Assembly (NCBI GenBank): GCA_973895155.1
Contig: OZ316897.1
Span: forward strand, 8,579,832 to 8,643,831
DNA from: Marsupella aquatica
Taxonomy: Eukaryota > Plantae > Marchantiophyta
Reading direction: 5' to 3'
DNA: 64,000 nt
A program made the position numbers and the translations under genes. Positions 38,215 through 52,050 of the stretch are shown in pieces (within the stretch, counting starts at the first letter, position 1; every line of letters begins with the position of its first letter). Below the pieces are notes generated by a model that worked only from the letters and a program-made list of their open reading frames with translations, was not told where the DNA came from and did no database searches.

Positions 38215-41200
38215 GTACTACATTGGCTAGTCAGAACTCCACTGCACCGACGAACTCAAAGTCTACACTTGATGTCCATTCAGAATATTCACCTGGGTGA
38301 AGTATGTAGCCGTTCAGGTCAATGCCTCTTTGAACCAACTCACTTGTACCATACCCACTGGCGAAAATTAGTTTGCAAGGGGTAGTCCAATGCTTTAAGC
38401 TGTAATGCCTAAGAGTTTCGTTTTATTTAAATCGCCAAGAGCAACGGAGTTCCGCAGTTTCAATAGTTCCAAGTTCTTGTGTGTGACCAGTTTTTGTCTT
38501 TGGGTACTTATCATCCGGATATTACTCAGACCTCAACAACTTGCCTGATTGTCCTGAACATTGAAAACAGTTGCAAAACATACCTCCTATTCTGCCTTTT
38601 GACCAGGGCATGCACGTAGGACTCAATTTTGACTCGTGGTGGTGGTGTCAATTTTGGATTACACACTGTCCTGAAGAGCAAGGGTTCGTGGCGGTGAAGC
38701 TTCTGCTTCAGATCAGATCAGAGAGTGTCCACCGCTAACCCACTGTGTGTTCTGAACTTACATCAATACAAGTACCATAATACCATTAAGCGCTTCCCCG
38801 CTGGATTAAAAATTTCGGGACACTTTGAAAATAGAGGGTAATGTTAGCACAGGATGCTTCCATTGAAAGGTCACTCTTACCGTGAACATTGTAACTGGAT
38901 ATGGAACAATGGGACTTGATGCGTTAAGTTTCTGTTATACGCCCTCGAACAAGGGATAATTGTCTCTCACAACAGTCAAAGTGGCCCATTCACATACGCG
39001 CAATTTAGTCAACCTTCTTGAATTCTGCCTATTCACATGCGCAAAAGTTAGTGAACCTTCCTGAAGTCTGCAAGGTTGTGAGTGCCGGCCATGATAGACA
39101 ATAGCCTACAAAGCTTTAGAGAGGTTACGTCAATTGATCTCACCACAAAATCTGTTGACAGTCTACCTTCATTACGCCAGGTTGAACTATTTCTAGTGGC
39201 TTATCTATCGCCATTGCTTGTAGGTACTAATCGCTCTTACTAATTGTCCCTCCACGTGAATAAACAACTTCCGTTCCATATAAGAAAATGCCAATACTTC
39301 GTCAGGTATCACTTCATCAGGCGGATGCAAGTAGAAATACTTTATGTTGCGGTTTTGTATAGTTAATTAACGTCTTACATTGAGCTTCCTTGTATGTCTT
39401 ACGACTCTATATCCAGAGAGCTCAACCCTTAACCCTCGGTGTGTCATATGCAGCTATATTTTGCGGCTCACAAGCAGGTTCCCAAAGGCGCGCAAATATC
39501 ACCATTGCAGCCGCACCACCAACAGCCCCACACAACTGCCATCTGAACAGTCTTGGTCTTGTCATGCGTGGCCCTGCACTCAAATCCCACGTGCCAAGAA
39601 GAAAACATCATTGACATCTTGAACAGAAACAATATCATCAATACAATCCTTATGGGCACTCCGTGGCTTCACAGACACTACCGTAATAACACACTGGTTA
39701 AGCACTGTGGTTGGGCAAAGCTGGTCATTTCATCAAGACCACAACCAGTACTATAATGCAACAAATGACGTTTCAAAGTGGTAATGCAAAGCCCATACAC
39801 AGAACAATTGAAAAGAATCGAAGCAAAGGCTTGGGATAACGAAATATAGAGACAAGTAGAACATGCATAGAGTTGGTTTTAGGGCGTGACGTCTGGAGGA
39901 AGAATGCGTGTATATTTATCCAAAGTTCATCCCAGAGAAGAACGACCAATTCGAAGTTATTCGAATGGACTGGTACGCAAAGATAGTTGAGGTAATCCGC
40001 TTGATTGGATGACTACTACGACTCAGTTAGGGTCGACAACTAGCTCCTGAAAACACGAGAAACTAGCAAGCACAAACAAAAATGACGAACAAAGCTCACT
40101 CCTAGACAGAAACTATCAATGCATTCAACCACATTTTAGGGTTTAGTGCTTCCGCCTCATTCATCAAAGTGGTCTGAGGGGCATTAGACAGAGCATGAGG
40201 AAAATGAATGAAAGCATATAACGTGATTCAAAACCCCTAGATCCGAAAATGAGCAGGTGACAAAGACGTCGGAAAATATGGGTAGCTAACAAACGGAAAT
40301 TCTTGATTGACCGTCACAAATAGTAAGAAAACTATTCAACTAGCAAGACGAAAGAGACAATGAATCGAATCGATTCTGAGAGATCAGAGAACGAATACAT
40401 GAATCACTCTGAAGTCCCGGAGGACCCAAACACTAATTCGCTGGCAATCAGTCATATAAAGGATGGCGAGCTTTCAACCTAGTGAGTCAAAAGCAGCATC
40501 CCAGCACAACTTACCTGCCTTCTTAGCGTGTCAAGGAGGAAGGCATGGCGCGTGCTGGATTATATATTGCTTCGGAGAGAGAAGGCGAAAGGCCAACACA
40601 GCGAGAGACCAAAAAAAGAAGCGTAGAACCTCCAAACTCTCAAGAGCAATGCGAATATACATGGTATAAAGAAATGTCACTACAAACGATAAAAGATACG
40701 GCGTCGTGATAGAGTGGGTCATCTGAACTTTGGAAATGTAAGATCCAACAAGACGTGCGTGGTGACATTTCTCGTTGAAACAATGGTATCCATCATGAAA
40801 CATTCACAACACACATATGATGACAATTATCAAGGGAACTCTAGCATCAAGCAAGCCATATCCACGACACGGGTTTTATGACATATCTAGTGGTACTGAA
40901 ATTGGACAGTAATGTTGTGAGAGAGAGATGGCATACCGTAGTAGGTGACACACAAAGGCCAAGCGCAGATGAATCCGCCCACCGAGGCCGTACCAGCCAG
41001 AGCATTGGTTATTCTAGAGCACGGCACAGCGTCTTCTCGCATCACCTCTCCCGTTGATTCGCCAAGGGCCTGTCTCAGCGCCATGGCTTTCAGCCCGCAA
41101 GTCCCACCACCAACAATTAATTCGACCTCTTGATCCAAAACCTGGGACGACCCCTCCAAAGCGTATGCTTACACCTAATTCCAGCTGTGGGTCTCCTTCA

Positions 41201-43334
41201 AAGAGAATCACTCCATGTGGCAGTCTTTCTCAGTTTTATAACACGTAAGTCCCTAAATCCGTAGACTCTCTCTATCTCTCTCTCGCCTGTATTTCTCTCC
41301 CACTGACTCAGGTTCTGTTTTGAGCTGAATGAGTTCAGCCGATAATCTCACTCCGCACTACGGGGCATGCGAAGAAACCAACGAGTTGCTAATTATCTTA
41401 CCGTGTCGGAACTTGTGGACTGACCCAATTGCTCAATTGACTTCACCGAACACGGAAACGAGCTGCAGATCCCTCCCCTTGACCATTGAGAATGGAATAT
41501 GGAGCTTCAAAGCAGATCTCCTCAAAAGTGCGTAATCTCCCGGATCATATCAACTACAGTCCACGGCTGCCCAGTGCGACCCGGCGTGCAAGTTTGCTCG
41601 TGTAGAATGGCTTTAGGAAGCAAGAACCCTACAAACAACTTCTACAGCACATTCCCATCAGCAGCTCATCAGCAGTCAATGAGTACGCCAATCGTCTCTG
41701 GTCTATTCTTTTCTCGGCATTACTTTGTTTTGAACTCAGCTGTGCTGGAGCTCCTTTGAAGGGATGTGCTCCACCTCCCAGTCATGCCGTCGTTGTTACA
41801 TCATGAAGAAGTTGTGTGTATCTAACTCATGCAATTCTTTGTACTACAAACATGTTTGTTTAAATGGGTACTTCTCGATTTTGTACAGTGTCAATTACTT
41901 CATAGTACAGTAATGTTTGAATCCAGAACTGCAGTCCACATGAGACTCCATTTTGCATTAATATGGAGTTCTCAGTGAGTAATAAAAATGCCTGTTGAAA
42001 CAAGCCAGCAAGAAGGTGCAACTTATTTTTTAACAGTTTGCAATGACAGAAAATTATCTGGAAGATGTGCTCTAATCAAGGCTCTTCGGACCAGAATTTC
42101 ATTGCCAACATACTGACTACTAATGGAGAGAGTTGGAAGGATTCCCACTGATGTACATTTTGGGTGCCTCCAAGTTGAAAGGCATTTTGGATCCAAAGGA
42201 AGAAGTGTAAAGAATTTCCAGACCAGACACGCTGCATCGTGTCCTGTGGAGGAAGTGAAAGGCGTTGTGTGATATTCCTCTCTGAGTGACCACTGTAGTC
42301 GAGGAAAATATATGGTAGCCATTGCAAGCTTGAGGATTTGGCATAACCATGACTTAACGTCTTACTGCTGAAAGAAGGGCGAGGCATTTGGGATATACCA
42401 GGACGTGGTGGTCCCCCTGTTTTGGCTCGTATCTCATCTGTGCAATTGTGTTGCTATTGCAACTGGATGTTGTCACCGTGCTCCTTCCTATTCATTTCTA
42501 GAATTAATGCAGGTTACACGCACCAAAGGATTACACATCTTGGTGACTGAATGATCTACATTGCACTTTTAATCTGTAGTACCAAATCATCTCTCTTGAG
42601 CAAGAGTAACGCAGGACATTCAAATCCAAGGGGCCAGACCAGACATGTGCTAGATCTTTGATATCCTATGACAGACATTACTCTTTTTGGCGGTCCTTAC
42701 TTAAAAATGAATTCACAGTTTGCATAACAATGTTCCACTTATAAGCCATGAATCCACAATTTGGATGACCATGGTTCCATTCAGACGCTGGGCGAGCATT
42801 GAGGAGAAGGTATGTCACTACAATTTTGCAGTTGCAATAAAGTTGAAGGAGGCTCCCCAATCTCCCAGAACTTCTTCAAACGTTGCAGAGTGCTGTCATA
42901 CTCAAAGACCGCTATCTCGTGAAGCATGAATTCAATTTTCGAGCGTCCCAGACATAGGGAAACCCTTAGACTCTCCGAAGACAAAATTTCCACTCATTAT
43001 TCCTGAGGAAAAGAATTTGGTACAATAGAAAATTCAAGTTCCATGTGCGATCCGTCTTCTTGAGATGTCACTGGCCACAAGAATTTCAAACAGCAGTGAT
43101 TCTTCTTTCCATGACTACCTCTAGAGGTTTAATCAGAGTTACACTATCATCGTCATTGCAATTGAAGAGTTCACCAACAGATTCCTAACCCTAGCCCAAG
43201 ACCGATTAGTCCACCATTTCATACATACACACCAAGATTACATTACAAAATCGTGGTGAGCCATCAGATTCCAACCTTCGTCGAAGAAAATTCATTTCTA
43301 AAGAACGTCATTACAATGTTTTCTACCCTATTCT

Positions 43335-43796
43335 CTAAGCAGGAGCTGCAGCTGATTCGAAAGGAGGAAGCGAAATCTCCTTCGCAAGCTCAGGATCCTT
43401 CGTTTGCCGGCCCGTTTTGATCTCCACGACTGCAAAATGCTTCCGCTTGCTGACGGGCACGCATTTCGACAGAGTAACAATGTCGCCCTTCTTCGCGGAG
43501 TTGAGAGGGTCGTGCGCGATGTAATTCTTCGTGGTCTTCACGCGCTTCTTGTACTTCGGGTAGATGGCGATGCGAGAGACCTCCACAGTGACGCTCTTGT
43601 CGTTGGTATCGGTGACGACCTTGCCCTGCAGCTTCTTCGAGGCAGTCACTTGGAGCCTCTGGGGAACCGCGACGGGAGCGGAGGAGGACGAGCGACTGCT
43701 GCTGCTGCTGCTGCCATGGGGGAATTTGAGAGCCGTGCCGGTGGCGAACGAGCTGCCGAGAGTCAGTTGAGTCGGTGCCAATGCGGCGAACGCCAT
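43335..43796 (-). CDS. PRPS17: Plastid 30S ribosomal protein S17 (nucleus-encoded, transit peptide, intronless)
   Basis: An S/A-rich transit peptide precedes KKLQGKVV...DKSVTVEV.R...YPKYKKRVK.TKNY.AHD...GDIV.L..C.PVSKRKHF. Confidence 0.96.
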   Translation of the reverse strand: MAFAALAPTQLTLGSSFATGTALKFPHGSSSSSSRSSSSAPVAVPQRLQVTASKKLQGKVVTDTNDKSVTVEVSRIAIYPKYKKRVKTTKNYIAHDPLNSAKKGDIVTLSKCVPVSKRKHFAVVEIKTGRQTKDPELAKEISLPPFESAAAPA

Positions 43797-44184
43797 AGCC
43801 AAAACCTCGAGAAAAGCTTGGAGTTGGAGTTCTGATGAGATCGACGAACGGAACTCCGAACACAGGATGAGAGGATATGTGTCTCGGAGGTTTAAGCAAG
43901 GGCCGGGCAGATTAGAATAGTTTGGTTCAGTTTGTGCCCGCTGCCCGTTCTGGGTTGGGCAGAACTTTCTTCTCTCTTTGGCACGGGCACCCGCGTGCTG
44001 CCCGCGGGCACACGACGTAACCTTCTCTTCCCAATATTATTATTACAGCTTTTTATTAACGTGCCCCTAAGAAAATGATGCTCTCATGGACCCTAGACAC
44101 AAACCATACAATTGGACCAATTGGAAATATTCCCGGTGACACTGTGAGTAAAATGGGGGTCAGTCTGAGTTGCAAAAATACATG

Positions 44185-44674
44185 GGAGCATTTTGACAAA
44201 CCTAGGGGGTCTATCAAGGCTTCATTTTCTGCCCCTAAACAAAATTAATTATCAATTTGGTTTTAATTTTACATTTAGGTTAGTAGTAATTTGTATATGG
44301 GTTCCCGTTGTCATGTGTCAAGTCACTACTGGCTAGCCTTAGCCCGCCACACCCCCCCCCCTTCCCAGTTGTGATTTCCTTAGTAAAACTGAGAGTTGAA
44401 AGTGTTGGGTTTTTGTGAGGGGAGTGTGGAGCAGAAAAATGTAAGTATTTTTCCCCCTCTTGGACCTGTGACTGCGCCCTGCAATGGGAAGGGGGGCAGA
44501 GGGGGGTGGCTGCGGGTTAAGGCTAGCCAGTAGTGACTTGACACATGACAACGGGAACCCATATACAAGTTAATACTGACCTGAATACAAAATAGGGGAT
44601 GGGTTGATAGTTCATTTTGTTTGGAGGCAGGTTAGTAATATGGGGTGGTTGGGGGACAGTTTAGTAAAATGCTG
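44185..44674. mobile_element. Foldback / MITE-like inverted repeat
   Basis: TTGTATATGGGTTCCCGTTGTCATGTGTCAAGTCACTACTGGCTAGCCTTA (44291) has its exact reverse complement ending at ~44568. Weaker similarity extends outward. No TSD found. Confidence 0.7.
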
Positions 44675-46172
44675 ATTACTATTATTAGAGGGTCTAAAAT
44701 AAGGATCTGTTTCACTCTTCCACGGGATAGGGCCACCCATAACGTGGCCCGCTGGTTGGATTCATTGATGCACAGACCTTTTGAGGTTCATATTTTTTGG
44801 GTCCAGGCCGTGGTGGCCGGGGGGGGGGGGTGGTGGTGGCGGGGAAGTGACATGCAGGAAAGAGTAGAATCTCATGACACAAGTGTGTGGGCATGACTAA
44901 GTGAGTGCTGCACATTTTTAGCTGCATCAACTCTGAATCTAAACCCAGATTGCCATGAGACAACCAAGGGGTTATATTTGAGACCTGCTATTGCTTTTTT
45001 CATGTTGCTGGTTGGCACAAAAGTTAAGCCCGGATGGACTGAGGTTATTTTGCCCTTCCCGTGGACTGTGACACATGCTCATGCACTTTACACCCAAAAT
45101 TTGCAGTGTCAGGCAATCATTGGAGGTACGTTTCCCTTTCGAGAAGGATGTATTGAGTAGTTTTTCCAAGTGACCAGACCAAATGTACCAAGCTGGTTCC
45201 TAACATACTTGTGCATATATTTGGATAATGTTGGATCTCTATTTAAACTCAAAATTTTCCAACGTGTTCTCTAATATCCAATCTATTATTTGACAAAGTT
45301 TCAGATTTTTCTGAGATCATTATTATATACTAACCGCCAATGGATATTTCACTTTTGTGAAGGGTGCCCTGAGTACTTGGGGGCAGGAGCACCTACCACT
45401 TTGGGAGAGGACACCCTGAGTAGTTTATGCATGAGGCTGTGATTTACCACCACAAGGAGTGATCTGTCAAGAGCCTGTTTCCAAGTCATATTTCAATCAA
45501 AACTATAAATAATGGGAAGTATCCACTTATTTTTTGATGTTCTCAGTAAGTCCATCCGCCAAATCCATGGGGGCTCCACAATGAACCCCTCTTTCCAACC
45601 AGGCTTTACATTCCCACAGGCACATGACATAACCTTTTGTACTCGCTATTTTTATCTTTTGTTTTGCCCGCCAGCACACAACTAACCTTTTTTCTTACTA
45701 CTTTTATTTTGCTCACAGGCACACAACAGAACCATTTTGAGAAATTGGTGGCAGCTTGATGATTGTTTTAAGCGGCTGGCTCAAACCCGCAATAATTAGG
45801 TGAGGGATGTAGAGCCCCTGAATCTTTCCGATCACACCTTCCAGCTCACTAATTCATTTGGCTTGCTTTCAATTGGACTGAAATCTCGTGGAGTGACAAA
45901 CAGGAACCAACCCTCTTTCTGCCGGGAAAGGTCACGAGTTGATGGTAAACTGAACGGATTTCTTGGCACTCCAAAAGATTGGAAATAATTGCTGCCCTTG
46001 GGGCCATTAAGCTGCTTTGTGACAAAGAGAGAAACAAAGAAACCTAAAGTTTGTTGTGATCCTAGAAGAGTTACTCATGCTGAAGTCTAAAAACATTTGT
46101 AGACCAAAGTTCATCGGCCATTGCTGCTGCTTCCTCATAAAGTGCACAAATAAGCCGTGATACAAAATGATG

Positions 46173-46368
46173 AGATTTGGAGGATTTGGCGGATTTGGCG
46201 GATTTGGAGGATTTGGCGAAAATTTGGAGGATTTGGCGGATTTGGAGGATTTGGCGAAAATGGTCGTGGGCGAAATTGGATTTGGAGGATTTGGCCGTGA
46301 TACAAAATGATGAGATTTGGAGGATTTGGAGGATTTGGCGAAAATGATTGGATTTGGAGGATTTGGAG
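46173..46368. repeat. 9-bp unit repeat (GGATTTGGA / GGATTTGGC) with higher-order duplication
   Basis: Directly visible. It explains the spurious SKS/ILQ/PNP ORFs here. Confidence 0.9.
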
Positions 46369-47446
46369 AAATCCAATTTCGCCCACTTCTAGTGCTTGAG
46401 TAGTATTAGCTCCTGGCTTACCAACTTTAAAGCATGCACAAGGACAGGTCCCCCCCACTTATTTGATTTTGAGAAATAACTCACCTGAAGGCCAGAATAT
46501 TAGTTTTCCAATTTCCAATCTCTACTTTGAATAAGAACGTGAACACTGCAAAATCAGTGTTTAACACCACCAAAATTTTTCTTAAATGGCTCCAAAACGT
46601 TAACTAATATTTATTTATCGTGCAAACCTGTATGGCACTAGGGTAAACCTAAAAAAGGGTGTTATCAGAGTGCCTATTTACTCCTTACACTAACCAAGAA
46701 TAATAACCTTTGGAGATGCTCTAATGCTATCTGATGGGGCAGAGATAGGGGCTGGCAGAGGCTCTCAGATGTGGGTCCAGCTCCAATAAAAAGATGCAAA
46801 AGCCCCATTGGATAGCCCCACATCCAAACAGAAGCAAAGCCCCATTGGACAGAGAGAGGCTGTCTGAAGTGGGTCCAGTTCCAAAAGAAGCAGGGCTCTA
46901 TTGGATAGAGAGATGGATTCACCTCATATTCCGGGAGATCCTCCACACTCGTCAGACTAGACAAAGTAAGAAAAGCAGAATGCAATCCTGAGTTAGAGGC
47001 CCTGCAGCCTCTCTGCCTCCCTGTGGCCTTGGAGCTGCCGCATCTCCTGATTCTAACTCTGTGCTTTGCGAGGCTGTGTGTGCACCTCCCAACCTTCGTC
47101 GTTCAATCCCACCCCTGCTATATGTCCTGAAACCCACCTTGGTCTCGGTGGATCATCTCGGTGACCCCTTTGGTTGCTTTGGGTTTTTTGCCCACCTCTC
47201 TGCTTGAACTGGAGCTTTGCTTTGGTACTTGTTTGGGACTACATTTGTGAATTTGGGGTTTTGTGGCAAGGTTTTGTGGTTTATTGGATTGACTGAATCC
47301 CAGCTCTCTCCTGCTCCTCATCTACTTCTTCACTCCCTTGAGGTGTTCATCTGTGGCTATTGAGGATTCATTGGCTGTGAATCTGAGGGTGTGGGGGAAA
47401 TTTTTGTGGAAAATTTCTCGAGACAGTTCTCGAGACAGTTCTCGAG

Positions 47447-50400
47447 ATGGCAACTCTGGCTCAGGTTGCGCCCGGAGTGTCGGCTCAATATTTGAGGTCG
47501 GGCGTGGCAGTGAGGGCTTCTGGAACTGAGTGCTCGGCAGCACCATCCACGTCAGGGTGGACTGGAAACCGGCAGCTGCGTCAAGAGCTGCTGGGCGCCC
47601 GGCTCAGCGTCCACCGGAGCATTGTGCCTGCACAGAGCAGAACTTGTGGGATTCCTGCGAGATGCGTTTTGACGACTGAAGAAGTTCCAGGTAAGAGGTT
47701 CCTGCAGCCACGGCAATAGCTATTTGGTTATCCTCCCTTCTTATTTTTTGAGATTCGTTTTCAACTGTTGAATTTAAAATGTGCCATTTTGACACACTTT
47801 TTCTCTTGACAGCTAGGGAAAAGAAACTTACCCCCAGGACCGACGTCAGGAATGTAGCTATTATTGCGCATGTCGACCATGGCAAGACGACTCTAGTGGA
47901 TGGCATGCTCCGTCAGGCGAAGGTATTCCGTGACAATCAGGTTACACAAGAGAGGATCATGGATTCTAATGACTTGGAAAGGGAAAGGGGAATTACTATT
48001 CTCAGCAAGAACACAGCCATTCGATACAAAGGGACAAAGATCAATATCATTGACACACCAGGGCATTCTGATTTCGGAGGGGAAGTGGAACGAGTGCTCA
48101 ACATGGTTGACGGTGTTCTATTACTTGTAATGCTCCCACACCCAAAAGCACCTGTTGGTCAGTGCAGCTAGGTATTGATTGGTCTTGTTGACCTCTATTG
48201 GGTTCACTCCCTGGTATGTTGTTGTTATTAACACGTTCTAGAAGGAATTGTACTGACTTATGGGGTCCGTCTCTAGGTGGATGCTGTGGAAGGACCAATG
48301 CCACAGACCAGGTTCGTGTTGAAGAAAGCGCTGGAACTTGGACATAGAGTGGTGGTTGTTGTGAACAAGGTTGACAGGCCGTCCTCACGGCCTGATTATG
48401 TGGTGAACATGACTTTTGAATTGTTTGTGGAACTGGACGCCACAGATGAGCAGGTGAATATTTTTTCTCACAGCATTCTTCACGTCCACCGTATTGTCAA
48501 GGCTTGTGTCAGAAAGCAGCTCAGGGTTCGATAAATTATTCCTCTCCTGTGATCGAAAGCTCGCTCTGCAGTGCGTGACAGGCTCTTTTGCATTTTACTG
48601 TGGACTACACAGTTTTCAGTAGTTTCTGAAGGTTCTTAATAAACAATTCAGCCGAGGATAGTCAATTGAGAATCTATGAATTTCTACTACTTTAATCCAA
48701 CGTCAACAATGCAGATTTTTTGGAGAGACCCCTTGAGAGGTTTTTTTTTTTTTTTTTTTTCAATTTCAGTTCGAGACCCCTTGTGATTAGTTTTCTTATT
48801 TCCTAGGCTGGGTAGTAAATGATCAGCATGCGGTAGGTGTGTGTTATAGGTGTGCAAACGCCAGCACAGTATTATTCTTTCCTCTGTTGAAGGATTGATC
48901 AAGGAAATGCAACAGGCATTTCGTTCATTGTAATTATAGTGCATGTCGTGCAGATCGTTCGATATGGATATATTTTCGAGTTTGATTTCTGGAATTGATT
49001 TGTCGTAAACGACGTGGTGCTGCAGTGTGACTTCCAGGTGGTCTATGCCAGTGGTATTCAGGGCAAGGCTGGACTAGAACCCGAAGGTTTGTCAGATGAT
49101 CTGGAGCCTCTTTTTGAGAGTATCATCCGGTGCATCCCCGAGCCACTAGTGGATAAGGACGCTCCTTTGCAGATGCTGGTGAGGCTCTCCACTTGTCCAT
49201 CCAAGCACAGTCAATATTGGGTTTAACGGATATGGAGTTTTTGGATATATTGTATGCAATTCTATCGATTCTGCAAGAAGTTCTGCTCAACTTTGTTGGA
49301 GTTTAGCTTATTTAGGTGCTGCTTCTGAAATTGGTTTGGGGGCACAGGTTACCAATTTGGACTATGATGAACATAAGGGACGTATTGCTATTGGAAGAGT
49401 TCATGCTGGAAAAATGAAGAGGGCCTCAGAAGTGAAGGTGAGTCAAGGACAAGTGTGTCATCTGTTGGAGAGCACTGACTTTACTCAGCTGATGAATAGG
49501 AGGAGGGATAATTGCAACCTTGTGCTGACTTGATGTGGTATATTCTAGATTCATTCCACGGATTATATCTTGTAGAACCTCGATGCTTTCTGGTAGAAGT
49601 TTAATTGCATTCCAGTGAAACACTGACCAGTAAACCTGCAAATTCCATCGTCTGCAGGTCTGCACTCCCGACGGGAACTGCCGGACAGTTAAAGTGAATG
49701 AATTGTTTGTTTACGATAATTTCTCCCGCGTGCTAGTAGAGGAGGTTGATGCCGGTGACATCTGTGCCTTGTCTGGAATCAGTGATGTTCTGGTAAGCTT
49801 ATTGCTGTCTCCAGATTCTTGTGCATACATGTGTTCCCTTTATGCTGTACATCATTGTGGCTGATGCATGTTTTCCTGGTTTTTCTCCTTCCCAACCGAA
49901 AAGGTTGACCTCACTCAGCTTCGGTGCCTAGTTGTCTCATCAAGGCTCTGTTAATAAATGCAGATTGGAGAGACATTGGCTGATAAGCAAGATGGAACTC
50001 CTTTGCCGACCATAAAGGTGGAAGAGCCAACTGTGAAGATGTCGTTCTCTGTCAATACCTCACCGTTTCAAGGGAAAGAGGTAGAGCAACACTCCTTCCC
50101 CCCCACAAATAGTCTTCCCATGAATTAAGTTTGCAATGTTGTCTCAGATTATGTGTAAGGAGCTATTCTGATTTTGGAAGATTTCATCCTTGGCAGGGCA
50201 AGTTTGTGACGAGCAGGAATTTACGAGACAGACTGTATCGTGAGCTTGAGCGAAACTTGGCCATGAAGGTGGAAGATGGGGAAACTGCTGATACTTTCGT
50301 TGTCAGTGGCAGAGGCACCCTTCACCTCACCATTCTGATCGAAAACATGTGAGTCACCGTTTGGATTAATGCATCACACCGCTGACCGTCTCTTGTAATT

Positions 50401-52050
50401 TCCTTCTCAACTTGAAGTATTGTATATATCCATCCTGAATCTGGACACCTAAACAGGATGATTATTGACTTCTAATTTACATGACAACTTCTGGGCTTTA
50501 TGGACCAGGAGGAGAGAAGGCTACGAATTTATGATTGGCCCACCAAAGGTCATCCACCGTGAGACTGCCCAAGGAAAGAGACTTGAGCCATATGAGGTAT
50601 AATGCAATTGCAGTTTGCATCCTCGCTTCCAACTCCTCTTTGGGATTTAAGCCTATATTTTTTCATAGAGCTGGATGGCTGTTTATGGAGTAGTTCTCCA
50701 TAGGGTTCACTTGAAGGAGGCTACGTGAAATATGTCGCTGATATTCGACATAAGGATGAGGAAGTTTTTGGTCTTGTAGGCCGCCTGTATGGTATCAATC
50801 TCTACATGAATGACGGGCTTTTCAGTACACACGAAGTGAGACTTGCCTGTAATTACGCAGTCTAAATCCCATTTGACGTGTTCGTAAGATTGCCCTTATA
50901 TTGAATTTTCCTTAGGAAGTTTTTGACTGACGTGGTTGCTTTCTCTTGAGGACAGGATGCTATTGTGGAAGTCCCTGAAGAGTACGTGGGTTCTGTAGTT
51001 GATATGATGGGCAAGCGCCGGGGACAAATGCTTGACATGCAATCATCTGGGTAAGCTTTTTTGTGGCTTCTTGTCTAAATCTGCTCTATGCTCTGCAAGA
51101 AGTGTAGTTCTTGTGAGCATGCCGCACAGACGGATCATTTGAGTCAACCGTCCTGGAAGTGGTAGCTGAACCGAATGCCAAATACGTTTGTGCAGAGTTG
51201 GGAATTCAACGTTGGTTAAATACAGAATGCCCACAAGAGGTCTACTGGGTCTTCGAAATGCCCTGTTGACTGCTTCTCGAGGCACTGCAATTTTGAATAC
51301 TATTTTCCATGGATTTGACGAATGGGCAGGAGACATCAGCATGAGAGAACAAGGGTCATTGGTATTGACTGAACCACTAAACTATTCTCGAACTGATATT
51401 TGCACACGAGAAAACCTTTCTTGTTGGATGTTTGGATATATTGAAGAATTGTTTGGACTGATTTGTTTCACATCTCAGCAATCTTCTGCCCAAATAATTG
51501 TACTGTTCATTGATCTACTAAAGGTGGTGTGGATGTAACTTCTTAGGTCGACCTTTCCAGAAGAATTGACTTGTTCCGCCCTTTTTCACAGGTGGCTTTT
51601 GAGACGGGAACTACAACTTCATATGCTTTGTTCAGTTGTCAGGAGAGAGGAAACCTGTTTCTAGCACCAGGTGTGGAGGTCTACAAGGGTCAAATTATTG
51701 GAATTCATCAGCGACCAGGGGACTTGGCCCTCAATGCCTGCAAAAGGAAGGCTGCTACAAATGTCCGGTCAAACAAGGAAGCCACAGGTACTGTATAGTG
51801 TCTCGTTGTTTGCATGGGTCTTTCTGCCAGTGATTTATCTCAATATGTATAGCAATGTCTTCCTAATGCCTGACAGTTGGAACTAATCATAAGCTTGTTT
51901 GTACTTTTGTCTTCAGTCGTACTGGCAGCTCCTCTTGACCAAAGCTTAGATGATTCGGTAGAGTACATCCAAGAAGACGAATTGGTGGAAGTAACTCCTT
52001 TGAGCGTACGCATGTGCAAAAACCCGAAGATGTCAAGTAAACGCAAATAG
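47447..52050 (+). CDS. SVR3: Plastid TypA/BipA translational GTPase (SVR3-like), ~13 exons
   Basis: A transit peptide precedes [72 protein letters not shown] and [17 protein letters not shown] introns. Confidence 0.97.

Noticed and set aside
38600-43100. Gene-like sequence with an apparent intron at 41245-41311
   Set aside because: Frames are closed by many stops and I recognised no product. It may be an old pseudogene or lncRNA.
46071-46458. Repetitive ORFs (SKS, PNPPNP)
   Set aside because: Artefacts of the 9-bp repeat.
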